A stretch of 64,000 nucleotides of DNA from Lingula anatina (Eukaryota; Animalia; Brachiopoda), in NCBI GenBank assembly GCA_051362555.1, contig CM120641.1:30510401-30574400 (forward strand), written 5' to 3'. Below the pieces are notes generated by a model. It did not search any database. It saw nothing but the letters and a program-made list of their open reading frames with translations, and had not been told where the DNA came from. Of this stretch, positions 27,152-40,899 are shown piece by piece (within the stretch, counting starts at the first letter, position 1; each line of letters opens with the position of its first letter). The position numbers and the translations under genes are program-made.

Positions 27152-30100
27152 CCCAGATAGCAATGAGCGGTCGGGCCGACGTCGGCATTGGTCGGCACAG
27201 TCGCGGTCGGCAGTCGTTGTCGGGCCGACGTCGGGCCACTATTAGTGACCCGACGTCGGGCCGACGACTGCTTCACGCCGTCGGCCCGACGTCGGTATAA
27301 CGGTGGCTCATCAGCTGTGCGTCGGGCCACTACTGGTGACCCGACGTCGGGCCGACGACTGCTTCACGCCGTCGGCCCGACGTCGGTATAACGGTGGCTT
27401 ACCAGCTGTGCTCGATTTGCACTAAGCGGCCAATTTCAAATCGAGGTCACCCACACTAAGCGGCCATAGATCGTTGCAAGTGCACTTGACGGTTATTTCA
27501 TATTTTCCGTATTTTGCACCAAATTGTTAGGTAAGTATTTACTTTAAAGTGTTTATGTTTTTCGTACTATAGGTGGAGGTTTATTTGTTGTAGATGAATT
27601 AACGAAAACAAGTAAATCTGTCAATAATTTGTTAGTCGTAGCTGCAGGCAGTTGGCGCGCTGCATGCCACCTTTGAACCAACGTCGGGGCGACGTTGGGT
27701 TTCCGGCGGCCAAAAAGATTTTCCCGCTCAAATTCTTTTATGCTTTGAAAGACATTTCAATTACCACATTTCATGTATAGACAATTTATAAATGTGAATG
27801 AGCAACGTTCTAGTACTTTTTTTGTACTTAGGGGTATATATGGTTTATATTTTCTCTAGTTGAATTTGAAATGCTTATATAATAGGGGTATATAGCAAGG
27901 CTGCATGATACTAACATGTAAACTTATAATGTCAGCATGGGTTTAACACTGGATAAACCTTATGGCATACATTCCAAACGTACTGAGTTTAGCATTAAGG
28001 GGTATAATGTCCACTCAGATTTTTACAGGTTTTCTGTTCAAAATTGGACCTCAGTAGGCTAACCTAAAATATCCAGAGGTGGTTCTTTTAGGGAGGGGGG
28101 GGGGGGCAAGTTTAAATTGAATTTTTTTCTAGATGTTTAGTCAAATACCCACAGGGCATGATATAATAATGTTTCTTTTTTTGGTTTAGGCTCATAATTA
28201 GACAAGGCATTTTGTGCACATTACAAAGCCACACTTATATGTATCTCATATTTCTCTTATAGTCTTCCATCATGCATTACTACCTATTTGTCGCCTGTGT
28301 TGAGCAGTCAATCCTCACAAGAAAATACACTTGAAAGGTATGTGTGTATATAGTTCAAGTGCTTCAGTGTGTCATTGCCATGGTAAGATGCAGTAGTTTA
28401 ACTTATATCATCCCTATCAATGGATTAAGTAGTAAACAACTAAGAAATTAATTTAGCCTACTTCTTGCCTGCGACTCTCTTCTGGAATTTAGTACATTAT
28501 TCTTCTTAAAATATATGTAAGTGACAGGGATGGGGGTAGGAGGAGGAGGCTGGAGAAGAAGAAGGGTAATATATTAAGCAGAGTAACCACTTCCCTGGAA
28601 AATAATTACATTATTTCGTCTACATTTCAAAGTATACATTTACAACTTCATTTCAATATGCAACATTACGAATAAGCGCGGGTGGATTGGATGCGAACTA
28701 GGAAATAAGTCATTAGAAGACAACTGAAACCAACGGTTCAATAATACGATAGAGAAACATGGATTGTTGATTTGTTGCGGCCAAAATCGAGCGTACAAAA
28801 CTAACCTGTCTGTCCCTGAACTCATAAAGTTTAGAACATTTCACATCGCAAATAGAAAAAATAATAGTTAGAGAAACGTGGATCAGTATCATGCTAGATT
28901 CCTTAAGCTTGGTTTCAGTTGTCTTCTTAGCCGTTTTTTATTTTGCATATCAGTGAAATAACATATGATATTAAAGGTGAATTTTGTATGTTTTATTAGA
29001 TGAAGTGTGAGTTTTTATATTTTTTCTATTCTCTTCACAGAGAGAGAAGCAGCCCAGGCGCCGCAGCAGAGTTCCTCAGATGAATCTTAGTCATCATCAT
29101 CATTCCTCTTCGTCCCGTGTGGGAATTAAGGCCACAGTCACTTCTTTCCAGCGTAGTGTCGTAGTCAAAGATATGCTGCAAATCTTGCGACTCACAGAGC
29201 GTCATCTATTTGATATGATGTTAACAATGCCATCAAATGTATGTCGGGGAAACGAGGCAGAAATTAAAAGACAGAATCAGACACCACCGCTGCCCTATAA
29301 ACAACAAAAACCTCTTCGTGCCTGTGGGACAACACAACACTCAGCTAAAGGCATCACCGTCACCGTCTTAAAAGGAAACGACACTAGGCAAAGACAGATC
29401 GTCGTACAGAAATGTATAAGAACACTAGACACCTTGAATAATGGACTCAGTAGGACAATAGTTTCTTAAATGAATATTGATTTTTTATATGTTACGTTTA
29501 GCGTTTAGGACGCTTTTGCAGCATCGCGTGCCTTTAACTCATCATCGACGCCACATACCCCAGGAGATTTTCTTCACCATTTTTTTAATGTCTCTGAAGA
29601 AGGCCTAGGGACCGAAAGCTGGGATTATATATGACATCTGTAAAGTAGATCTTTAGAGATGCATCAGTAATAATATTTATTTTCAATAACTAATTGAATT
29701 ATCGTTATTAACTCACTCAGATTTATAAAGATGTTTCTTCACAAAACATGATTCACGTTGTTATTATTATTATCTTTTAGGCCAACGGGACTTTTTCACT
29801 TCAGTGAGAGGGTTATTACGAAGAAACGCCGCTGCTACCCTATTGCCAACGTTCGCCAATTGAGTCATAGCTGGCTGACCATGGAGAGTCCATAATAACA
29901 TTGGCTAATTAAAGAACGGCATTATTTGCATAACGGTGGTAAAACGATGGCTAACGACGTTGGCGCGAAGTTGGCAAGAAGGGGGCTAACCGCCGATAGT
30001 AATAGCTCATAACGACATTGGCGCGACGTCGGCAAAAAGTCGGCATAACAGCGGCTAACCGCCGATAGTAATAGCTCATAACGACGTTGGCCCGACGTTG

Positions 30101-30327
30101 GCGCGAAGTTGGCAAATTGTCGGCATGACAGCGGCTGACCGCCGTTTATCCATAATGACGTTGGCCCAGCGTCGGTGCGACGTTGGCAAAAGGGTGGCAG
30201 ACCACCGGTGGGCCGACGGCGGGCCGCCGGACACGCCGACTTCGAACCGACGTCGTCTGCCAACGTTGGCCCGACGAAGGCAAAGTCGTCGGGCCAACGT
30301 TGGCGCGACCACTCTTTGCTATCTGGG
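27152..30327. mobile_element. EnSpm/CMC-like non-autonomous element
   Basis: TIR CCCAGATAGCAA / TTGCTATCTGGG, 2-bp TSD AT, and subterminal palindromic repeats CC(G/A)ACGT(C/T)GG at both ends. Confidence 0.85.
29183..29640 (+). mobile_element. Penelope-like element 3' fragment: GIY-YIG endonuclease plus degenerate hammerhead motif
   Basis: Reads SCDSQSVIYLI*C*QCHQMYVGETRQKLKDRIRHH, then after a frameshift HS..ITVTVL..R..IRTLDTLNNGL. CTGAAGA..GAAA lies at 29594-29617. Confidence 0.8.
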
Positions 30328-30476
30328 ATTAACAGCCATCTTTATGAGCGGAAAATCCGAATTGAGTAAGAAGGCATTTCCGGCGAACAAAATGCATGGA
30401 TTTGGTGCATATTTCTCTGCCTATCACATCCGAGGTTAGTTTGGAGCTTGCGGAATTGGCCGAGGATTGCCGATTG

Positions 30477-30715
30477 GTCATATTAAGGGAAGACATTGAA
30501 CATTGTGACGTCAACAATTGCTGTTGTATTATGGGAAGGCATTGAACATTGTGATGTCAACAATTGTTGTTATATTATGTGAAGACATTGTAAATAGTGA
30601 CATCAACAATTGCTCTTTTATTTTGGGAAGACATAGAACATTGTAACATCAACAATTGCTGTTGTATTATGGAAAGACATTGAACATTATGACATGGACA
30701 ATTGCTGTTGTATTA
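30477..30715. repeat. 46-bp minisatellite, about 5 units
   Basis: Resumes in phase after the TSD. Confidence 0.9.
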
Positions 30716-30843
30716 TTGGCAATCCTCGACTGACTCCGCAAGCTCTATACAAACCTCGGACGTGATAGGTGTAGGAATATGCATCAAATCGATACATTTT
30801 TCTGTTGGAACTGCCTTTTCACTCAAGTGTTCCGCTCATGAAG

Positions 30844-31815
30844 ATGGCTGCCAATAGTGACTTTTCCATTACCCCTGATTTTTATGAAGCTTTGCAATTT
30901 TCTAAATAATGTACTCATAGCAGATCCAAACATTGAAATCTTTGTATGACGGATATGATACTTTGGCAGTTTTACCCACGGGCTTTGGTAAAAGTATAAT
31001 TTTCCATTTCCTTCCCTTCCTATTTCAGAGGAAACTTGGACGACAGCAACAAATGATTTGTTTAATAGTTATGCCGTTAAATTCGATTATGCAGGATCAA
31101 GTCTAATCTTTATCGAAGCATGGTATACCTGCTTGTTTTATGAATATTGAAGGAATGGGTGTCAAAGGTATGTGAGTTTTGAGGTCTTCTGAATAAAAAT
31201 CAACAAGAGTTCAAATTTATATATATATATATTTCTTAGTTATAAAACGTCTAAACAATTTGCAAGAAGACTTTTATATATTAAAATATTTATTTATTTA
31301 TAGTTAACATGAAAATACAGTATATATAGGATAAAAAAAATCCTTGTACTAACAGGGACGTATCTACTAACGTACTATATATATATTATAGGTTCATGTT
31401 AGTACAAGGCTGGAAATGTATATCTGGCTGTCTTCATATTTCATTGGGTATTTAAAACACATTTTCCTCATTTTTACCTTAAAATTATGTCGCAATATTG
31501 GTCAATAATCATAAACTTGACTAAGGAATAGTTGTAAAGCACATTAAAAGAATTGAAGAAAAAAACTTGTAAGCCTCTCATATTTACTAGAAGTTCACCT
31601 AAAAGCAATCCAATTACAGTTTTAAAGGTGGTGACTCCGAAAGAGTTGACAATCTCTTAATTTCATGTGCCCTATTACAAGATGTAAAGAATGGTAAATT
31701 TTGTTTGATATATGCACATCCTGAGACTTTTGTGGAAAGAAGGACTCAAAAGTAAATTATACCAAGAAAGAGTCTGTACCGTTGTTGTAGATGAGGTTCA
31801 CATCATTTCAGAATG
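30844..31815 (+). pseudogene. RecQ-family helicase pseudogene (exons about 30844-31167 and 31628-31815)
   Basis: Motifs LAVLPTGFGKS (I), VMPLNSIMQDQV (Ia), IYAHPE and VVVDEVHIISEW (II), with GT-AG borders, stops and frameshifts. Confidence 0.85.
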
Positions 31816-32026
31816 GTAAGCAAATATAAGTAAAGTTACAAAAAATATGCATTTCCGGTAGTCTGACCAACTCTAATTTTACCCATTGACCCTTCTTTTT
31901 ATTCCAAAGTCGTATTTTAAAACTAGTAATTTTTTTAATAGCACAGCCATTAAAATGCATGTGTCAGATGCTGTAAAAAAAAGTGCCTATCCAAGTGTTT
32001 TATAGTACACGTTTTGTTTGTTTATT

Positions 32027-32075
<49 letters not shown>

Positions 32076-32403
32076 CCAAAAAATTTTTGGCATGTTTCCA
32101 GAAACAATATTTTTTATTTGACTGAATAATCAAAATTTAGATTCAATCATATATACTAAAACATTTGTCAAGGTAGAAGGTTCGATTCCTTCCCTAAGCT
32201 TCAAAACACAAGTTGTTGGTTGGCAAGTGGGCAAATTGCTTAGTGGCCCTGCCTTGACTAATTTTTATAGTGTTTATAACAGCAATCTAAAATTTACTAC
32301 AGCAGCTTTTACAGAGAATGTGAATGTACATATGTAGTCTAAAAAATTGGGTGCAAGACTTTGTTAGAAAAAATAAAAGGCATCTAATTTACATAGATAT
32401 TAA

Positions 32404-32739
32404 AGGGATAATAACTCTTCGTATGAGATTTATATTTCACAATATAAACATTGTGAATAACTCACAGAAATATAATATATTGTTTTACCACAAAAACGGC
32501 AGTTATAGCTATTATTCTGATATCTGAGTTGGTCTTCAGACCATGTGACTTCCATTGACAGCTATACTCTGTTATAATCTCTTAAGAGATTTGAACAAAA
32601 AACCAAACTTTTTAGATAAAAAAACAAGGACTAACTTTGAATGTAAAAATGGATTCATTAACCATTGGTAAGTATGGGAAAATTGTTGTGTACTCCAGGA
32701 AAATTCATTTTTTGGCCAAAACGAAGATTTATTATCCCT
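32404..32739. mobile_element. Kolobok-like MITE; second copy at 36808-37142
   Basis: TTAA|AGGGATAATAA..TTATTATCCCT|TTAA, two similar copies. Confidence 0.8.
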
Positions 32740-32800
32740 TTAATTAAATGCATTTTTTTCAAGTCAGATTGATGTAAAAATAATTTAAAATTCACTTTTT

Positions 32801-33480
32801 TTAAGACAGACAGGTAGCCAACACATGCAACAGAAAAGGACAGTTACACTCCAACTCATTATGATTATCATTCATCAAAACTTCTGGGTTTCGTTGCCAT
32901 GATACACTAGCCCCAGTGTGACACAGTTTTTTCAATTGTGTGTCCAGCTTCAGTAGTTCATCAGATAATGCATAAGAATGAAAAGCAGATATGGATCTCA
33001 AAAGCTCATCACTGTTTTTCATCTCTGATTCCTCAGTGGTCGAACTGTAGTCGTGATCCAGTTGAACCTTAAAATCACCATAATTACATGCACTTTCAAC
33101 CCCTCCTTGGGATCTAGTGTAACCATGGTCTGGTAATTATATATATATAAGCATGTAGAAGGTAAAGTTTTATCTTCAGGTTCATTGATGACCGACATCA
33201 AACATCTACGAGCTTTAGATTCTTTGGTGGAAGATGCATTTTCAACAGTATTTTTGCTTAACTTTAAACTTTTCAACAGAACTTAGTAAATTTTCTACCA
33301 CAGTTTTTTTTCTTCAGTGCAGATGGTGGTGTTTTTGAAAGTTTTTTGGTACGTTGCATTCACTCAATCTGTTGTTTATAAGTTATTAAGGCATCTTTTC
33401 GGAAAACTACTGAGACAGACCTCACAAAGTTTCAAACCAGCCACCAGAGAGACGTTCTGAATTTTCACTCCTAAAAATCA
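32801..33480 (-). pseudogene. Probable Academ transposase N-terminal fragments
   Basis: Broken ORFs with KKLSKTPPSA and LKKLC..SV..PEVL..ELECNCPFLLHVL. Its convergent position relative to the helicase fits AcademH. Confidence 0.45.
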
Positions 33481-33879
33481 CAACAAAGTTCACAACGTTT
33501 TACCTCACACAGAGTACATAAAAGATAAAACATTATATGTGGTCAGGCATAACTAATCCTCAGTTGTTCATTATTATATTATAATATTATAATACTTAAC
33601 AACTTTTTTTGGGGGGGGTATAAAAAATACATGCATGTCTTTTTTTTAAAGGGTAGGGTAGGACACTTTTTTTGAGTTGGATAACTGTTGAGTTTGGATA
33701 ACTGTAAACATACATGTATCTCAAACTGACTGAAGCCATAAATCAGTCACGTACATTTTACTGATTTGGTTCTGATTTTTCTTTCAAGAATTTTATGATT
33801 TTTTTATGTATACATGCACACACTGCCGATTTACATTTACTATTAACAGCTGTCTAGCGTCATTGCCATTTGTACTGTA

Positions 33880-34100
33880 TAAGAGTGTATTCCCAGAGAT
33901 TTTAGATCGATCTATCCCCATGGGGAGTCTCACTAGATTACTGTCAGATAATCCGGCTTAAATGTCTGTCCCGCCTACTACAAACTGTAAGGGGGTAATT
34001 AACTATGGTGCCCGCTCGGCTGACAGCAATGTAGCATGAACCCCCAGGGAGTTAGGTTGATCTAGTTTGGATGGATCTAATCTCTGGGAATGGGGTCTTA
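33880..34100. mobile_element. Harbinger-like MITE; relatives at about 11431-11580 and 35685-35950
   Basis: Imperfect TIR ATTCCCAGAGATT / AATCTCTGGGAAT. The right part is the reverse complement of 11431-11575. Confidence 0.65.
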
Positions 34101-37100
34101 GTCAATATCAAGAAAATTACCTAAAAAAACCTCTGATACTGATAATGTTCATCTATAGCCTTCTTTTGGATGAAAGAGTGCAATCTCCTGGTTGCTGAGG
34201 CACAGAGTAAACAGGAACTCAATGGGATGAGTTTTTGCAGAGTTTCTGATTACATCATGTGCACTTTATGTTTGATTATTATATGAGCCAAAACTAATAT
34301 AGTGTAGCGCTGACCATCTCCAAGATAAACATGCCAGGAGTTCCCATTGTAGAAATGAAAGTCACATCACCCTGAAAAATATTTTTTTAACAGGTACAAT
34401 TTTCTTTAGGGAAAATAGACAAAATATTTCAGGCTCTGAAATAAACAGTATTTTCAAAAATTTCAAAAAAGTCTTAATATTTGCTATGTCTAAAGGTTGA
34501 TGTACTAATAGATATCATTTTATTCTATAACGTGAATTAATATTATATGAATCAGTATTATATAACCTATTTGGGTTTTATATAAATATGATGATGGTTT
34601 ACTCATAATGCCAGTGTTAATGAATGGTTGTGTTCAGTTGATAGATTAAAATATTGAAAGAGTACAGACACAGTAGTATTGATGGCTAGGCAGAAAACCA
34701 AACTAAAGCAAAAGATTTGGAACAATGAAAAACAACAATTCACTTCTATTATGGACAGACCATACCTGTTACAGTGAAAATATCTGATTTTTTCAAAGAA
34801 TTTTACTATTCTTGTGTCACCTCTCTTGCCTATAGATGCCATTGAATTGGTTTCATATAGCACAGAAGATATTTGTTTGATGTGTGAATTTGTGTATATA
34901 TTCTGATCTCTTTGGGCTCCTACAGACACCATAGGTCTACTTAGAGTGAACCAACTCTGTGCCTAGACTCTCGCAAAGTGCAATCAGCTTAATTGACTGA
35001 AGCGCCTCCACAGGCATTGAATAGAATACAAAATAGCTGCTGATTATGTAAGAATATTGAAAACAAGAGGAGGCATGTCATTCACTTCAGCTGTTTGCAC
35101 TCAGCAAGAGTTCCTGCAAACCTACGATTGATGTCAGATTTGTTGTTTAGTTCATTTTTCACTTCAGAATTTTGGCACATTTCTTGTGGAAGAAGTGAGC
35201 AAGGAGCAGAAATTATGGGTGGTTACTGAGACTCTGGACGCCATCGTTGATCATCAGCACCTGTTGTCATGGAGATCAGGGTAACAGACAAACTCCAGAC
35301 CATATGGTACCACAGCTGACAGCTGAGGTAAAACTGCTCCCTGTGGTTTTATTAATTTTTATTAAAACAATTAAAGACCTATAACAGCAACAGTTCCATC
35401 ATCTGCATAGTAAACAATATAAAGATAAAAAGCATCACATTTTGCTTACTAAAATGATTCCTGCAGTTGGGTATTTAATATATTTTTTTACAGTGTAATA
35501 ATATATTTATTTAAAGACATATTGATCAATTAAAGAAATGGATATCTTCTGAAAGAATATTGTAAAATTATTCCAGATTCATCAACAGAAAAGCAGCCTG
35601 GGGGCCCACATTCTTATCAGTGTGACAGCAAGGACAAATCTGGTTCAGTTCATCATATACAAATCTTGACCAGTTGATTTACTTAGACCTGTTTCCGTAC
35701 CAAGATCCATCTGGCAGGATCGACCCATCTCTGTATTCTATTCTCTGGGTTCTCATTAAATTACATTCGATTAAGCAGCTTAGATGTCTGTCACACCTAC
35801 TGAATCTGCTAGATGATAGTTAATTACCCTCTAACAGCTACAGTAGGAGTGCCAGATGTCAGAGCCACTTAAGCTGAATGTACTTTAGTGAGAAACCCTT
35901 TGGAGATGGGTCGATCCTGCTAGATCGATCTAGGTACGGGAATAGGGCCTGAGACATGTTTTTCTTTTCAAGTGTCTTAAAACTTGGCAGTAATTTGGAT
36001 CAGAGAAATAATTAGAGTGTAGCACATCAAGCTCCACAGCTTTCTGGTGTTAGATCAGTTTTATATCAGGCAACACTGATATTAAGCATTAATATATTTT
36101 CATTCTTTTTTTTTTCCAACTTTTATGATAGTCCCATTGGATGATTCATGTGTTATCACAAGATACTGATGTAAAACTTGCTTTTGTTTTTCAGCCTTTT
36201 CTTTCAAAATTAAATATCAAAATATGTGGGGCTATATTGTTTGTTTAAACATTGACCCACTAACTGAGACAACCAAGTGATAAAATTTCCATTCTGTTTG
36301 CTTATGAGCAATATTACAATGATTTGATGAAATTGTTTTTGTGAGGCTTAAGTTGTGAACACCACATTGAATTGGTTTGATTTGATTAAACTTTGTAGAA
36401 TGTCTAAATTTCTATCAATTACATTGTTTTAAATCTGTGTTGATGTTAATAATTAAGAACATAAATTTCCTTTATTTTTTGTGAAGCTGAAGACGTAACG
36501 TTGTTTGAAATATGGATTATTGGTTTACCTAGAATGTGTACATTGTATGGCAGTATAATAATAATATATAAATTACATTTTAAGCTGTTGTGTAGGTTTA
36601 AAAGAATTATATTTATCTTTTCACGGAGGGGCGTTCTGAACGGCTTTCATATATTTTCTAGTTGAATTAAAACTGTTTTCAGATATTACTTTTTATAAAG
36701 CATTTGTTCCGCATAACATCTGAATAAATTGGTGAAAACAAATTCTAACATGTTTGGTTGCTCTACCTAAATCACACCTAACACATTCCGTTCGTTTTCT
36801 GGGTTAAAGGGTAAAAACTCTTCATATGAGATCTATATTTCACAATAAAAACATTGTGAACAACTCGTAGAAATAAAATATATTCTGTTTTACGACAAAA
36901 ACAGCAGTTATAGCTATTATTCTGATATCTGAGATTGTGTTCAGATCACGTGACCTCCACTGATGGCTGTACTCTGTTATTATCTCTTAAGAGATTTTAA
37001 CAAAAAAAAAAAAACTTTTTAGAAAAAAAACAGGGACTAACTTTGAATGTAAAAGTGGATTCATTAACCTCTGGTAAGTACGGGAAAATTGTTTACTCCA

Positions 37101-40100
37101 GGAAAATTCATTTTTTTGGCCAAAACGAAGAATTATTATCCTTTTATAAGTAGCGTAGTTTATGAAAGCAGTGGCCTAGTATCTTCACGTGACGGACCGG
37201 GACCACGATACACCTCTGGTGTGGGGAAAGATTGAACTGATTTCAGACGAAATGCAAGTCCTTGAATAATGATGGAAAAAGTTGAATTTATTGCTTAGCT
37301 TTTATCATACTCCCATTTTAGATATCCCCTTACGTCAGAATTCTACGTTTCACTACATTGTATATTAACGTTAACCCGCCCTGTGATATCAGGACCTCTA
37401 AAATAATATACAATAGTATACAGTCCCTTTCAACAATTTTGTAACAGACTTCTAGCGCACCTATGGTCAGAGAGAAACCTTAAACAACGATTGTGCGCGT
37501 ATCGTTGGCTTAAAATATTGATAAGTTGACGCCCACCACGATAGTTTCAAATTGATATCAATCACGCTCGTTAAACGTCGTAACGTCTCAAGCAATGTGA
37601 ATAAATTATAATAATCTTGAAACTCCCGCCTGGAAACTCACTGTTCTATTTATTCATGATTTTACACGAGACCACGCCCTTCCTTGTGATAATTTCCACA
37701 TGATTCCATTTATCTTTTTTAATTACCCCAAAACTAAATTTTATATACAATGTAGTGACCTTCACGTCAGTCGAAATCAAGTAAAGTCCGATACGTATAA
37801 TTCTTCAAAATAAAAGATAATATACATATCGGTAACTAAATTTGATGCTGTTTAAAACATGCGGAAACAACTCGAAAACTGGATTAAAAGTGAAGGAGAG
37901 GGAGCTAATGTTCAGATTTACGCATCGGATATTATTCTCGGAAATGATGATAAGAAAATAAATCTACTTATTTTTCAGGTAAAATAATACATTTACAGAA
38001 AATCAAAATATGGAGGGCATCCGTAATACAGGGACATCGAATGTTTTCTGAACTAAAAAATAATGCTTTGCCTGTCTTTATATGTATTTATTTTATACAG
38101 TAGTTACACGTGGCACGCATACAGGTATGTATGTACAGTATGCGTATGTTTTTGAGAAATGTGTATGTGAGAAGTGATTTGTATTGTATTGTATTGTACA
38201 CTGTAATGTTTATTTCTACAGTCTAATTAAAGAAAATATACATACAATTTTTAGAGAGCGTACGCGTCTGTAATTAAACTCATCACAAGCATCTGTAAGT
38301 AGCAGGTCATGGGAACGAGAAGTGTAATTTAAACGAATCTGCAGATTGTTACTTTTCATGAAATTTGTATGTGTAACTTATTCAAAATAAAGGAAATGTT
38401 TGCACACACTTGTAGAAAAGTGCACGACTGCCAGGGTGGTTTTATTTGGTGGTGGGTCGAGGGGGGGGTATAGAGTTCGAGGCCCATCTCGCCATGCCTA
38501 TAGCTTAAGTGTACGTCTCTGTGGTTTAGGGGTACAGTGGTCGCCTGCTTCGCGGATTAGATTCCCGACACATTTGGAAAACATCAGACTGGCTTCTGTC
38601 TTGAGAAATGTACTATTCTTTACATCATCTACTTTCCAGGGAAGAAATTTTAAGCTTACGGCAGCTATGGACAATATGTCTACCAATAGATTACTGAGAT
38701 CTCTAACAGTAGGGCCGTTCAATGGATTTTGTTTTGGTCATTTCCTATAAGTCCAGATTAGGGCGTTTTATGTTTACCTTGTTTTTTTTTTAAACTAGTG
38801 AAATAAGATAAAAATTAATTCAACCAATAAAAATATTGGAAATCTAAATATCGGATTTTTTTCATTTGAGACATAAAACTAAATAAAGAACTGAATATTA
38901 TAATATTTATAAGCTATAGGCTTAAAAGTGGAATTAATATTAGATACTTAGAGAGAAAAAACTACTTAAAACGTTTATCCCCTTAAAATCAGAAATCTAA
39001 TATCGTCGGTGAGAAATAAAAAGAGAATTTGCTGAATGGGTTTGTGTGTGCGTGTGTTCAAATTCACAATCTATTTAAAGAATATTAAAATAAAAGTATT
39101 TTGTGGTAATTTTCCTTATATCTGATCTACGGTATAAATGGGTGATGTAAAGAATTCTAATGAGGAAAAGTGAGTAAAATGCAAGTATACGGATTAGGCG
39201 TTTACTGACACTAGCCGCAGATCTTTCAGCACTAACGCTCATATTTAACCACAAAATTGACAAATTAACCAACACACCACACACTTATTTAGCACCAACA
39301 AAACGATATCTAGCACTAACATTCATCCGCTCTGGTAGTACTGCAAGACTAAAATCTCCTCAGGTAAACATTTAGCTTCGTTGAGCGACCCATACTCCAT
39401 TACCCCTACCCAGTCAGAAGTTAAAAACAATCCGCCTGCACATATATAATTGCACCAAATTCTGATGAGTTGTTGACACGCTTCTGCAGTTGATACACCT
39501 TTAAAATATCAATACATTCGTAATGTCAGGCAAAACTTCGTTCGCACTGAGAGGTATATTTTTTAAGTTAAAACTGGAACTCTTTGTGAGGTCTTATAAC
39601 ACGTAAGTACTCTGAAGAGGCTTTTACTACTTTTTGCAAGTTCTTCTGAACTTTGCTTCCCGCTTTAAAGCTGCCAAGTGTATCACCCAACCGTGTTGAG
39701 AGAGGAGGGAGGGTGTCCCTTTAGGTAACACTCTTACGTACATTCCAAGCCATTGAATTGTCTCTTAAAATGAACCGGTCCAGTAAAAGGCACCACTCTT
39801 CAGAAGCCGACCTCAATTACTTCAGACTTAATCGATAACTCTAACCTGTCATCTCAGTTTACAATCTTTGGGAACTGTCACAGATAAAAAGTTCGTAAAC
39901 TGGCAACTCACATACATGTATCACATATTGGCTTTAAAACTTCGAAACTAAATCACTGCATAGCCAAGAAAATCATATATAAGTTATGCACCGCTCCTGT
40001 CCGTAATGAATACACTAATAGATCATACAATACAAATATGCTATATTCTACCATGGCCAGGGAGCCGAAGTGTGAGGAGGACAGCCAATATGACCAATAG

Positions 40101-40303
40101 GCAGTCCTTCTACTCTCCTCCAGGGTTAGGCTGTGGGACGGGTGGCGTTTTATTATTTTTGTTTTCAAAGTTTCTTGCTGGACAACACAAAAACTGGTGC
40201 AGAATTGGCCAGAAAAATATCTGTGACATTAAAGAACAATACTCCGTGTGGCCCTGTCCTTTCAACAATACAATCGAGATAAGATTCCAGCCGATTCCGA
40301 TGC

Positions 40304-40363
40304 CGTCTCAACCATGATTGTGACGGATTCCACAGACATCACCCCATTGTGTTAGTGAAGACA
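40304..40363 (+). other. Conserved ~60-nt hairpin repeat; further copies at 51200-51259, 52298-52356, 55146-55205, 56539-56597
   Basis: Consensus TGTCTCAACCATGATTGTGACGG-(variable)-ATTGTG(T/C)TAGTGAAGACA. Function unknown. Confidence 0.6.
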
Positions 40364-40899
40364 TAACGTGAGACGGGGAGGGGAGGGAGATAGCATGTAC
40401 ATGTATTGCAATGATTGGAGTGTTTGAAGGGGAATGTGGTGGGGGTGGGGGTTGGGATAACGGGGATGGATGTAGGAGAGAGGAAGGGAGACATATTAAA
40501 ATATCAGTTCGTTACAGCAGTCGTACTAACTCACGGGGAACAGATATTTTCATGTTGTCCCCGACAGCATCTAATTAAAGACTTCTAAAAACTCACCTCA
40601 GCATACCTGTGGCAGTGTAAGTAGTACTACCAGTGCATGTAGTAGTAGGCCTACAAGATGATGTAGTAGTAGTGAGAGTAGTAGTATAAGAGTAGTAGTA
40701 TAGAAGGCAATTTATTACTGGCATAGGTTGTATATAAGTAATATAGTACCGCTATTTCGCCAGTACTATAAATGAATGGGAACCTAAAAGATTTATTCGT
40801 ATATTCTTATTTTCCAGTTACAATGTATTCTCTTTTATCCTATAGATCATCATTCCAATGTCATGATGTATCACAAAGTCTTTCTCCTACATTACCTTA

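Larger units (their letters stand above)
26932..30476 (-). mobile_element. Non-autonomous AcademH-type element, interrupted by an EnSpm-like insertion
   Basis: 9-bp TSD GTCATATTA (26923-31 and 30477-85). Termini CACTCGG / CCGATTG. The right end is the reverse complement of the terminus preceding the RecQ helicase at 30716+. Confidence 0.8.
30716..33480. mobile_element. Decayed, internally deleted AcademH transposon (right end not located)
   Basis: Terminus is shared with 30330-30476. RecQ helicase exons on + face transposase-like fragments on -. Confidence 0.65.

Noticed and set aside
27133-30439. GC-rich ORF clusters at 27133-27391 and 29922-30439
   Set aside because: They are subterminal palindromic repeats of the EnSpm-like element.
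26340-30715. CRISPR-like appearance of the 46-bp array
   Set aside because: Units are head-to-tail with no unique spacers, there are no cas genes, and the context is eukaryotic.
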